Below, piece by piece: positions 9,114 through 17,188 of a DNA stretch of 61,145 nucleotides. Made by a program: the position numbers and the translations under genes. The notes below the pieces were generated by a model. That model saw only the letters and a list, made by a program, of their open reading frames with translations, had not been told where the DNA came from and did not search any database. Position 1 is the first letter of the stretch. Each line of letters begins with the position of its first letter. Source of the DNA: a virus; the IMG/VR virus record IMGVR_UViG_3300045988_167077, positions 1 to 61,145 of that record; one strand, 5' to 3'.

Positions 9114-9560
9114 TTACTTAATATAAGTATTAACCTCGTCCATGAAGGCGTCCAGGGAGCGGATGACGACATACCTGTATCCCTGTGCTTCGGCAAGCTG
9201 CTGATACTCCTTCTGAGAATCCTGCTGCCGTCCTGTCCTTGTCTTCAGCTCCAGCAGCAGCGCGTGATAACCTTGTGACGCGACCAGAAGAATCAGATCA
9301 GGAAAGCCTGCCTGGGTTCCCATATGCTTGAATCTGGCTCCCTCGCGTGCATCACGTCGTCCTCCGTTAGGGGAGTGGTGCAGCAGCCGAGCCAACTGCG
9401 GGTACTGCAGGCGGAACCACCTGACGCATTGCATCTGGAGATCATCCTCCGCATGCCCCTGGTGTTTCCGCGCTTTCCCCGTCTCGCCTTGCCATTGTCC
9501 CAACGCTTTCAATGCCTCTTCAAAAGCGTTGTCTTGAGTTCCTTGCCTGCGATTCCCCAT
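9114..9560 (-). CDS. VRR-NUC domain nuclease
   Basis: QMQCVRWFRLQYP...GFPDLILLV...LLLELK is a PD-(D/E)xK arrangement typical of VRR-NUC. Confidence 0.8.
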   Translation of the reverse strand: MGNRRQGTQDNAFEEALKALGQWQGETGKARKHQGHAEDDLQMQCVRWFRLQYPQLARLLHHSPNGGRRDAREGARFKHMGTQAGFPDLILLVASQGYHALLLELKTRTGRQQDSQKEYQQLAEAQGYRYVVIRSLDAFMDEVNTYIK

Positions 9561-9563
9561 AAG

Positions 9564-10094
9564 TCAAATGATGCTATCATAAACTATGGTCGGAACGCAC
9601 ACGTAAGAGCCGCTCAGACCGTAATACGCCGCAAAACCGCTGCCGCCGCTCGCAATCCACCAGCTACCCCGGCTGCAGCGAGAACAACTCGAGACGTCCA
9701 CGCCTTCTTCTAACAAATCAGCACCCTCAATAGTTTCAGCGAGTTCGTTAATCTCTTCCAACTGATGCGTAATCTCTAATGCCGCAAGCAACGTAGGAAT
9801 ATTGAACTGCCCATAAACGCCGCTCTTGAACTGACGCACGAACTTTGCGGCAGGCGAGCCAATCCTGAGCAACTCGTCTGTGTCAATAGTGTTCTCTTCT
9901 TCCTTTAGCGCCTCAATCTCCGCCATGGGCTTTGCTTTCCACTCATCGATTTGGGCGGCGCCCAGTAGCGGCAGTCTCGCGTACTTCGGATAAATGAGGG
10001 CACACTGCCCGTTCAACATGTCTATTTCGATACCCTCAATGCAATCAAGACGATTTTGTCCTTCTTGTCCTTCTTTGTAAATGACTTTTGCCAT
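9564..10094 (-). CDS. Hypothetical protein with a DUF1566/Lcl-C-like C-terminal motif
   Basis: C-terminus SSCSRCSRGSWWIASGGSGFAAYYGLSGSYVCVP aligns with the C-terminus of the 57407-58795 protein. Confidence 0.55.
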   Translation of the reverse strand: MAKVIYKEGQEGQNRLDCIEGIEIDMLNGQCALIYPKYARLPLLGAAQIDEWKAKPMAEIEALKEEENTIDTDELLRIGSPAAKFVRQFKSGVYGQFNIPTLLAALEITHQLEEINELAETIEGADLLEEGVDVSSCSRCSRGSWWIASGGSGFAAYYGLSGSYVCVPTIVYDSII

Positions 10095-10108
10095 AACATT
10101 TAGTAATT

Positions 10109-10336
10109 TTATTGACTAACGTCAATGCTTTCATTGTTCATCATTGCATCCCATATTTCATCAAACAATTCAAGACATTCTTCATATTGTTCAAATCTTT
10201 TAGAACGAATGTTATCATCTCTGTTAAGAGAAAACTTTATATAATACGTACCATCATCTCTATCTAGCTCTATTGAAATTTCTTTAACTGCATTCGCGTT
10301 TAAAACATTATGCTCTCCAGTTTTTATCCACGCCAT
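10109..10336 (-). CDS. Hypothetical small protein (first gene of the AT-rich island)
   Basis: 75-aa ORF in AT-rich sequence. Confidence 0.5.
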   Translation of the reverse strand: MAWIKTGEHNVLNANAVKEISIELDRDDGTYYIKFSLNRDDNIRSKRFEQYEECLELFDEIWDAMMNNESIDVSQ

Positions 10337-10364
10337 AATTTATTCCTCCCATAATTCCAATTAT

Positions 10365-10661
10365 TTATATTGCTGTTAGTTGGTCAGGCGTTATACATGT
10401 CACACCCTCTTCAATTAAGTCTAAAATTTGACTTACTGGATAATTTCTGACAAAATTAAACGCCTCTTCAAATACAACAACAAGACCATCTCCATGCGCC
10501 ACATCAATATAACAGGATTCGTCATGAAATTCCTCTGACATATATGGTAACAGCATGTCCCATAGAAGTACCCTTTGGCTGTCAGCTCTTGCCAGCATTG
10601 ATTCCGTCCTTGCAAACTGCTTCTTGATTTTCGTTATATTCATACACATGTTCAATATCAA
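10365..10661 (-). CDS. Hypothetical protein
   Basis: 98-aa ORF in AT-rich sequence. Confidence 0.5.
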   Translation of the reverse strand: MILNMCMNITKIKKQFARTESMLARADSQRVLLWDMLLPYMSEEFHDESCYIDVAHGDGLVVVFEEAFNFVRNYPVSQILDLIEEGVTCITPDQLTAI

Positions 10662-10781
10662 TACAATTACTCGATTTATAAATTACATATAAAAAGGCAA
10701 TCGGGAATGTGCAAATCCGGTTTTAGAGCCTCCTCCAATCGTAAAGTGCCCCTCCCACCCGATTGCCTTAAAATATCAAAG

Positions 10782-10934
10782 CTATTCTTCTTCCGGTTCA
10801 ACATCTACAATGGCGTCGTGACTGACCTGATAGTAAGTCCTGACTGCCTTGGCAGCCTCTTCTGCCGACTCCGCCTCGGCATAAACTACTCTGTTGACGT
10901 ATTCAATTTCCCTAATTATCACTTTGTAATTCAT
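10782..10934 (-). CDS. Possible small acidic protein (50 aa, below the ORF-track cutoff)
   Basis: Hand translation gives MNYKVIIREIEYVNRVVYAEAESAEEAAKAVRTYYQVSHDAIVDVEPEEE. The start lies 2 nt after the upstream stop. Confidence 0.35.
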   Translation of the reverse strand: MNYKVIIREIEYVNRVVYAEAESAEEAAKAVRTYYQVSHDAIVDVEPEEE

Positions 10935-10936
10935 AA

Positions 10937-11770
10937 TTAAATCTTAAAATAATCCTTCATGTAAGCCTCAATATCAAAGTCAAACAGCAGGTTTGTACAT
11001 TTGTCTTTAAACTGGGCAATCGTATCGTAGAAGATTGTCGCGTAGAAGAACACCCAGGCATTCCGACTGCATGCCTCAATCGATGCAGAGGCAACTCCGG
11101 TGGACACCCTTTTGTCATAGTAATCCTGCAACGCCTTAACTTGCGCCAACAGCATTTTAGGGTTCTCCAGATACGCCTCTCTACGTTTTTTCCTGCTGGC
11201 AAGCGGACAACCTATACACCCAAGACGCCTATTGACATCGAATACTCCATTCTCATCGTAATAGACAGGAGCGCACTTGATATTACGCCTATCAATGAAC
11301 TCTTTCACATCATCGTTGGTCCATTCAAGAATCGGCAGATACTGCCTGACTTTCATTCCGTCTGAATAGACTCTACACAGCTCCGGCTCCTTATATCTTT
11401 CAGCCCTCTTGCGGCTTTCATCCCTGCGTGTCCCAAGCACCGCACGCGGCAGAATCGCATATTCTTTCAGGATTTCACAGCAGAACCGACTGAATCGTGA
11501 AGGCATCCCTTTGCGTCTCACGATGCTGAGAAAATTCTCTTTAGGCTGGACAATCTCGACACCCATCTCCCTTACGTGCTGCAAGGTTCCGCGAGGGTCT
11601 ATCGTCGTGTTCTTGTAGATTGCACGATAATTGATTCCTGCCATTTTCGCCAACTCCAAGATGACGTCTGAATCCTTTCCTCCGGAATAACAGACCTCAA
11701 TCGGCCCGTCATCGGTCGGAATGCTTTGCAATAGTTTTATTGCCGCATCAATTTTCTTATCTAAAGTCAT
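10937..11770 (-). CDS. PAPS-reductase-like (PP-loop ATP pyrophosphatase) family protein
   Basis: PP-loop CYSGGKDS, GTRRDES, and C-terminal Cys pair LGCIGCP. Confidence 0.85.
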   Translation of the reverse strand: MTLDKKIDAAIKLLQSIPTDDGPIEVCYSGGKDSDVILELAKMAGINYRAIYKNTTIDPRGTLQHVREMGVEIVQPKENFLSIVRRKGMPSRFSRFCCEILKEYAILPRAVLGTRRDESRKRAERYKEPELCRVYSDGMKVRQYLPILEWTNDDVKEFIDRRNIKCAPVYYDENGVFDVNRRLGCIGCPLASRKKRREAYLENPKMLLAQVKALQDYYDKRVSTGVASASIEACSRNAWVFFYATIFYDTIAQFKDKCTNLLFDFDIEAYMKDYFKI

Positions 11771-12123
11771 AGTCTTTCAAAATAAAATTTACCATCCCAT
11801 TTTTGCTCCGTCAGAATCCCGAGCTTGAGCGCCAGCCGCGTGGCGAATGTCCGCTTGTAGTCAAGTTCCTTTTGCAATCTTCGCCGGAACTGCTCAATCG
11901 TATACATCCCCTTGTAGAAGTTGCACATGCGACAAGAAGGGTTGTAATTCTCGATACTGTCCTTTCCCACACCACCCAAGTGCCTTTCCGCCGTTGTCTC
12001 GTTGTTCCGGCACTTGGGCTTGATGTGGTCAACCTGCATATCCTTATAGTCAATCTCGCAGCCGCAATAGGCGCAATGGCCGTTGTACTTCGCATAGACC
12101 GCCTGACGGATATTCTTGTTCAT
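11767..12123 (-). CDS. HNH endonuclease
   Basis: CAYCGCEI...VDHIKPK...NYNPSCRMCN is the classic HNH zinc/His-Asn-His layout. Overlaps both neighbours by 4 nt. Confidence 0.85.
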   Translation of the reverse strand: MNKNIRQAVYAKYNGHCAYCGCEIDYKDMQVDHIKPKCRNNETTAERHLGGVGKDSIENYNPSCRMCNFYKGMYTIEQFRRRLQKELDYKRTFATRLALKLGILTEQKWDGKFYFERL

Positions 12124-12587
12124 TTGACTTTTAATTTTTTAATTATATCCTTATACATATTGTAAGTTTCAGTAATGACTTTTTCGCCAATCGGATTTTC
12201 TCTCTTTGAATCCCGTTCAATACATTCTTCTAAAGAAACATCAAAGAAGTCCTTAAATTCGAGAGTGTAACGTTTTTTTAGAACTTTACCAAAAACACCT
12301 CGATTAAAGTTATCTATTTTGGCTTGAACAACAGTCCAATTCCAATCATTAAGATTCATATTGTCTATAACAATATTATACCCAAAGAGCATCGCCTTAC
12401 TGAGGAACTCCAACCTTGATTCGGAAACAAGATGCTCTCTTTCTGGCACCCAATAAAGCCCCAACATTCTACGGAAATCATCATTATTCCAACGGACTCT
12501 ATGTGTAGGGTCTTCTTCGACCCATTTCTTGGCCCAGGTAGATTTACCTGAGCCTGGAATTCCTCTCCTTAAAATTATTTTTGGCAT
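12120..12587 (-). CDS. Polynucleotide 5'-kinase (T4 Pnkp kinase-domain-like P-loop protein)
   Basis: MPKIILRRGIPGSGKSTWAKKW...NNDDFRR...VIDNMNLN parallels the T4 Pnkp N-terminus (KIILTIGCPGSGKSTWA..NRDDYR..SDTNLN). The ORF opens at 12602. Confidence 0.8.
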   Translation of the reverse strand: MPKIILRRGIPGSGKSTWAKKWVEEDPTHRVRWNNDDFRRMLGLYWVPEREHLVSESRLEFLSKAMLFGYNIVIDNMNLNDWNWTVVQAKIDNFNRGVFGKVLKKRYTLEFKDFFDVSLEECIERDSKRENPIGEKVITETYNMYKDIIKKLKVK

Positions 12588-13093
12588 AAATCCTCCCACC
12601 ATTTATAATAATCAGGGCAATCCTTTTCAGTATTAACTAGGTGCATGGTCTCATCGTTATATGGTATGCATCTTTGCCAAATATAACTTATGAACCCAAT
12701 TAGTACCACGGCACCAGAACCGTCACTAAATTTTTTAAATTCTTCAAGAAAGCATGGTGTCCATTCCTTAGAATTGCAACCAAGTCCTTTTACTAATACT
12801 TTATCAAACGGCTTAAAGTCTTTCGGGTCAAATCTCTTGACAGGAGTCCTGAACTTGCTCCAATCCAACTGATCTTTAGATGGGAATAATAAACACACCT
12901 TGCAAAATGAAAAATAATTACCCCCTTTATAAAAAGACCACGTGCAACCACCATGTGTTCCTAAAGCTACGACAATTTTTTCATTCGTTTGATCAACCTC
13001 TCTAAGATAGACATCGCCAAGTAGAGTGGAATATAATTTAGTTCCAATCGGGCAATCCTTCAGTATTTTACACAAATCTAAATTTTCATTCAT
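12575..13093 (-). CDS. Hypothetical protein (shares the VLV...CIPYN module with 14001-14663)
   Basis: 172-aa ORF. C-terminal FDKVLVKG...QRCIPYNDETMHL. Confidence 0.55.
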   Translation of the reverse strand: MNENLDLCKILKDCPIGTKLYSTLLGDVYLREVDQTNEKIVVALGTHGGCTWSFYKGGNYFSFCKVCLLFPSKDQLDWSKFRTPVKRFDPKDFKPFDKVLVKGLGCNSKEWTPCFLEEFKKFSDGSGAVVLIGFISYIWQRCIPYNDETMHLVNTEKDCPDYYKWWEDLCQK

Positions 13094-13096
13094 ACT

Positions 13097-13462
13097 CTAT
13101 TTTCCTTTTTTGTCTTCTGCAATGCTATCCAAATATCTATTGAGCGCCTCTATGGCCTTATCAGGGATTTCTTTGACTTTGGAGTCGCCTTCGCAATAAT
13201 CCAAAATGGTTCCTGCTCCGTAGATAAGATATAACTCTTTTTTATTAGGAGTTAGGATAGTACATAAAGCGAAAACCAATGCACAGATCATGTAAAATTT
13301 GCACGTATATGATATACTCTTGGAGTCTTCATCTACATCTCCCTCCCCCAATATTACGAAGGCGAGAAATAAAAGACTAACTCCGATACTTACCCCAAAC
13401 GCTATGTGCAGTTTGCCTACCACACTAATCCAATATAATTCGTTCATGATTATTCCTCCCAT
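13097..13462 (-). CDS. Small membrane protein
   Basis: 121-aa ORF with two hydrophobic helices (ISVVGKLHIAFGVSIGVSLLFLAFVIL and MICALVFALCTIL). Confidence 0.5.
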   Translation of the reverse strand: MGGIIMNELYWISVVGKLHIAFGVSIGVSLLFLAFVILGEGDVDEDSKSISYTCKFYMICALVFALCTILTPNKKELYLIYGAGTILDYCEGDSKVKEIPDKAIEALNRYLDSIAEDKKGK

Positions 13463-13845
13463 TCAATTTTAATTGTAGAAATATAGTTTTCACATCTTTT
13501 ACCCTTAGCTTCTGCTTCTTCTTTTGAATCATAGACTACCACTTCACCAGTTTGCACACACCCAGACTTGGTTTTGTATATGTTTATCCATCCCTCTTTT
13601 GGAGCAAAGAATAAATCTACGTCGCTATCGCTCTTGCGACGTTGTCTACCTTCTGGAGTAAAAGTCAGAACCGCCTCTGTTTTGCCTATTTCGTCATCGC
13701 ATTCAATCAATGCTACAATAGGATAAGGACTATCAACGCCTACACCTTTTCTGTCCGTGCAAATAACTCTTGCATTACGACCCTCGCGCGTTACGATTTT
13801 TCGGTCTGGATTCTTAAGGTATTCCTGCAAATCAAATTGCTTCAT
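13450..13845 (-). CDS. Hypothetical protein
   Basis: 131-aa ORF. Confidence 0.5.
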   Translation of the reverse strand: MKQFDLQEYLKNPDRKIVTREGRNARVICTDRKGVGVDSPYPIVALIECDDEIGKTEAVLTFTPEGRQRRKSDSDVDLFFAPKEGWINIYKTKSGCVQTGEVVVYDSKEEAEAKGKRCENYISTIKIEWEE

Positions 13846-14000
13846 AATCTCTATTTTTACATTTCTTGATTCTCTCTATCCGGATGATTCGCCCAATCCT
13901 CATGTCTTTTGCAGAATGGTTGAACTTCGCAAAGGTGCAGAAATACTCCGCGAGGTTCGGGCTTATCTTCCGGACGTACATCCATCGGCATTTAGCGCAA

Positions 14001-14663
14001 TCAGTGGCTTTCATTGTTGTCGACTGCCTTATAATCATCAGTAGTCATAAGCAGCATCCATGTCTTTTCGTTGTAAGGAATACACTGCAAGTACACAGAA
14101 TCCTTGCACTCGTACTTGTACGTGGCATTTTTGTTGTAGTGGTCAAAGATGCGGACGCGCCATCTTGCGTGAACCTGATTACGAACCAGCACCCTGTCAC
14201 CCCTCGTGAACGGGCACTTCTCCTCTTCTTCTTGCACAGCTAGCAACTCCTGCTCGTAGTCCGTGAGGACGAGCCTTGCTCCACTGCAGGAGAATAGTTT
14301 GTCTGTGCGACCTGTCAAGAAACCACCATCAGTGATTGCGAAGAAAAAGCCATTGTCCTCCACGCGGATTTCGAATACACTGCCGTCTTTCAGGAATCTG
14401 TCACCCACTTTCCAGTCCTGGTATGTTTCCGGATCTCTCGGGATGATTTCAAGGCCCCTTTCATTCAGATAGTAGTCGGCATGCTCTCTGTTTCTGAGTC
14501 CTGTCAATAACTCAAAATGTGGCACAGGTCTATTCAAATCCCATCCTCTCTTTTTGTCTGAATACAAATACAACTCCTTTATAGGACTGACTTTGACAAA
14601 TCCCGTAGTCCCATCTTTCAACCTGAAATTAAGGTTGTCACATTTTTCCAAATCGCACTTCAT
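14001..14663 (-). CDS. Hypothetical protein with internal LKDG repeats and a C-terminal VLV...CIPYN module
   Basis: 220-aa ORF. RLKDGTTGFVKV / FLKDGSVFEIRV duplication; C-terminal GDRVLVRN...LQCIPYNEKTWML. Confidence 0.55.
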   Translation of the reverse strand: MKCDLEKCDNLNFRLKDGTTGFVKVSPIKELYLYSDKKRGWDLNRPVPHFELLTGLRNREHADYYLNERGLEIIPRDPETYQDWKVGDRFLKDGSVFEIRVEDNGFFFAITDGGFLTGRTDKLFSCSGARLVLTDYEQELLAVQEEEEKCPFTRGDRVLVRNQVHARWRVRIFDHYNKNATYKYECKDSVYLQCIPYNEKTWMLLMTTDDYKAVDNNESH

Positions 14664-14754
14664 AATTACTTCCTGTTTTTGTCGTTACTGTCCAATGGCA
14701 GCGAAAACATCGTCAATGCTATCGCCACGATTGCTATTATCAATACTGTTTCCA

Positions 14755-14931
14755 TCATTTGTCGTTTTTAAGAGTCTCAAGGAATCCGAGAACCTCACCG
14801 AAAGCGTTTGCCTTGCCTAGGTAATAGTCCCTTAAAGATTGCCGATTCTGTTTGTTTTCGGACGCTTCCTTGCAACTCTTTTCTCCTCGTTCGATAAAAT
14901 CTATGAGGAGAGATAGCCTTCTGTCTTCCAT
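14755..14931 (-). CDS. Possible small protein (58 aa, below the ORF-track cutoff)
   Basis: Hand translation gives MEDRRLSLLIDFIERGEKSCKEASENKQNRQSLRDYYLGKANAFGEVLGFLETLKNDK. It fills an otherwise empty gap in the operon. Confidence 0.3.
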   Translation of the reverse strand: MEDRRLSLLIDFIERGEKSCKEASENKQNRQSLRDYYLGKANAFGEVLGFLETLKNDK

Positions 14932-15019
14932 AACATCTATTCCTTGAAATCAAACTTTGCAATGTCCTCGTCCCCGAACCTGGAGCCCTTCTTCAGCCTG
15001 CTCCTTTGATATAGTCAAC

Positions 15020-15397
15020 TTATTCTCCACCATCTTCCTTCCTGTCAGCGATTTCCTCCTTCTGCTCAGCATCGACCTTGACTTTGGCCGTAACTTCGGA
15101 CTTTTGAGCCTCGGAGCGCGACAGTCCCCTCAGCCCAGCTATTATCAAGAGAAGGCGTGCCTGAGTGCCTGGAAGGGCAGGGAAAGTCTTCGACTCGTCA
15201 AAAAAGTCCAGAGGGGCATCCAATACCTTCCTGATAAGGTCGAGTGCGTGTTCATTCTCCATACTCTCCACAGCCTCCCTGAAATTGCTTACCACAGTCC
15301 CGTCCTTCAGGACCGCATAGAAAATCTCATCTGATGAGATCATCCTCGTTTCTTTGTTTGTTTCCATGTTTTTGTGTTTTTTAATGATGTCTTTCAT
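15020..15397 (-). CDS. Hypothetical protein
   Basis: 125-aa ORF. Confidence 0.5.
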   Translation of the reverse strand: MKDIIKKHKNMETNKETRMISSDEIFYAVLKDGTVVSNFREAVESMENEHALDLIRKVLDAPLDFFDESKTFPALPGTQARLLLIIAGLRGLSRSEAQKSEVTAKVKVDAEQKEEIADRKEDGGE

Positions 15398-15563
15398 TAT
15401 TCAAGTAGTTCAACAATTCTTCGGCACGGCTGTACGATTCAAATCCTTTCACGTTCACATACTCGCACGTGAACATCTTATCAACACGGACCTGTACCCA
15501 ATACACCGTGATAGGAATGCAGCCGTTATAGCTGCTGCCTTTCACAATCCGGTATCGTTTCAT
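15381..15563 (-). CDS. Hypothetical small protein
   Basis: 60-aa ORF with overlapping gene junctions on both sides. Confidence 0.4.
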   Translation of the reverse strand: MKRYRIVKGSSYNGCIPITVYWVQVRVDKMFTCEYVNVKGFESYSRAEELLNYLNNERHH

Positions 15564-15913
15564 TCAGACCTCCTTTTCAGTTTGATAACGAAATACACTT
15601 TGCCCGGCTCTGCGCCCCATTCTTCTTTGCCGTTGCCGAATGTTATACTGTCAATTTCGAATGTCATTGTGATTTTAGTATAACCACGATGAAAGCGAAC
15701 GTGCGTAAATCCTCGGGGATATTCCAACGTGTCCACAACTTTGCCAACCACGAAGCTGCTAAACAAAAGCATTTCATAATATCGCTTTATGGCTTTATTG
15801 TCGAACAGTCGTTTTTCCCAATATGGCTTAATCTCTCTGTATTCCTCCGTCTTTTCTCCGGAAGCAATCATATCGTACCATTTCCCTTTAAGAACCAAAT
15901 CAAGTGTTTTCAT
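15560..15913 (-). CDS. ASCH (PUA-like) domain protein
   Basis: LVLKGKWYDMIASGEKTEEYREIKPYW...VRFHRGY matches the ASCH-domain pattern common in phages. Confidence 0.65.
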   Translation of the reverse strand: MKTLDLVLKGKWYDMIASGEKTEEYREIKPYWEKRLFDNKAIKRYYEMLLFSSFVVGKVVDTLEYPRGFTHVRFHRGYTKITMTFEIDSITFGNGKEEWGAEPGKVYFVIKLKRRSE

Positions 15914-15917
15914 TGTT

Positions 15918-16454
15918 TCATCCTTTCATAAAACATATCCAATGAGTATTTGACCGTTTCCCGGATATATGTCCGAATATGGGTTTCTCCGGAGTCAGTT
16001 TGAGAATTTCAGATACCTTTATGTCGGTTTCGTTCCATTTGAATATGAGAACTCCACTTTTTTTCAAAACTCTAAAGCACTCCGAAAATCCTTTGGTCAA
16101 CATATCTTTCCAATCAGAATAAAGTGCACCATACTTCACTTGCTGATATCCGGTTGGTTTGGCTTTCGCATTAAGACTTCCATATATTTCAGCAAACTTT
16201 GAGTTTCCAACATTCCTTAAAAGATGAGGCGGGTCGAATACAACCATTTGAAAACTTTCATCTTCGTATGGCATGTTTGTAAAGTCTGCCTGAATATCAG
16301 GCTTTATTTCAAATTTTCGTCCGTCACACAGTGTCGTTTCAAAACTGCGAATGTCTTGAAATAACACTCTGTTATCGTTCTTGTCGAAGTAGAACATTCT
16401 CCCGCCACAACAAGCATCGAGTATCAGTTTGTCTGTTTTCATATTATTGTTCAT
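15918..16454 (-). CDS. SAM-dependent DNA methyltransferase (N6-adenine or N4-cytosine class)
   Basis: SAM motif ILDACCGGR and catalytic-type tetrapeptide VFDPPHL ((D/N)PP(Y/F/H)). Confidence 0.7.
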   Translation of the reverse strand: MNNNMKTDKLILDACCGGRMFYFDKNDNRVLFQDIRSFETTLCDGRKFEIKPDIQADFTNMPYEDESFQMVVFDPPHLLRNVGNSKFAEIYGSLNAKAKPTGYQQVKYGALYSDWKDMLTKGFSECFRVLKKSGVLIFKWNETDIKVSEILKLTPEKPIFGHISGKRSNTHWICFMKG

Positions 16455-16641
16455 TCGTAAATCTTCACCGAACAGATCTGCCGCACCTGCACATTACCTC
16501 TCCGCCCTTCTTGCCGACCTCTTCAGCGTCAATGACATCCTGTCTGTCAGGTTCGTCAGCCGGTTGTCCCGTATCCCCAGTTTCCGGATCCTGTCAATGC
16601 AGCGCCGCATCTCCAGGTGTTCCCTTTCCGTCAATGTTATG

Positions 16642-17151
16642 CTAGAAAGGGAGATCGTCCGTCGGCTGTCCATAACTCATCCCTTGTACTGCCGGCATGT
16701 CCTGCGGCTGTTGCGGACAAAACAGGCTGCCCGCCGCTGCCGGTTGCTGCTGAGGCTGCATCTGCCGCTGGCTCCCGGCCGTCGGCCGCGCGTTCTGGGG
16801 CACGCCTTGCGCCGTCTCCTGTCTGCTGCCGAACAACTGCACCTTCTCCATGACTACCTCGGTCTTGTATGCTCTCTGGCCATTCACCTCCCACGACCTC
16901 GTTCTTATCTTGCCCTCGATGAAAATCTGGGACCCCTTCCTGACGTACTTCTCGACGATGTCCGCAAGCCCCCTCCAGGCAACTATGTTGTGCCATTCCG
17001 TCTGTTCTTGTGCGCTGCCGTCCTTCGACTTGAACCTCTCTGTCGTCGCCAGAGAAAACTGCGCAACCTTCGGCCTCTCGGGTGTTGCCAGGTATTGAAT
17101 CTCCGGATCCTTCCCTGCATGGCCTATCAGAAAAATTTTGTTCAATGACAT
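16642..17151 (-). CDS. ssb: Single-stranded DNA-binding protein
   Basis: OB-fold N-terminus LNKIFLIGHAGKDPE...TEWHNIVAW, Gln/Pro-rich linker and acidic tip DDLPF. Confidence 0.9.
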   Translation of the reverse strand: MSLNKIFLIGHAGKDPEIQYLATPERPKVAQFSLATTERFKSKDGSAQEQTEWHNIVAWRGLADIVEKYVRKGSQIFIEGKIRTRSWEVNGQRAYKTEVVMEKVQLFGSRQETAQGVPQNARPTAGSQRQMQPQQQPAAAGSLFCPQQPQDMPAVQGMSYGQPTDDLPF

Positions 17152-17188
17152 GATTCTCTCTTTTTTTGAAACAATTATGTTACTAAAA

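Noticed and set aside
14001-14663. KxDG (LKDG) as an RNA or DNA ligase nucleotidyl-transferase motif I, which would complete a Pnk-based repair pathway
   Set aside because: The motif occurs twice as part of an internal duplicated beta-hairpin-like repeat (RLKDGTTGFVKV / FLKDGSVFEIRV). None of the other ligase motifs (III, IV, V) could be found.
16429-17148. 239-aa plus-strand ORF, plus the 119-aa minus ORF 16637-16996
   Set aside because: Both overlap the unmistakable ssb gene (OB fold plus DDLPF tip) in other frames or on the other strand. The composition is Arg/Leu/Pro-rich.
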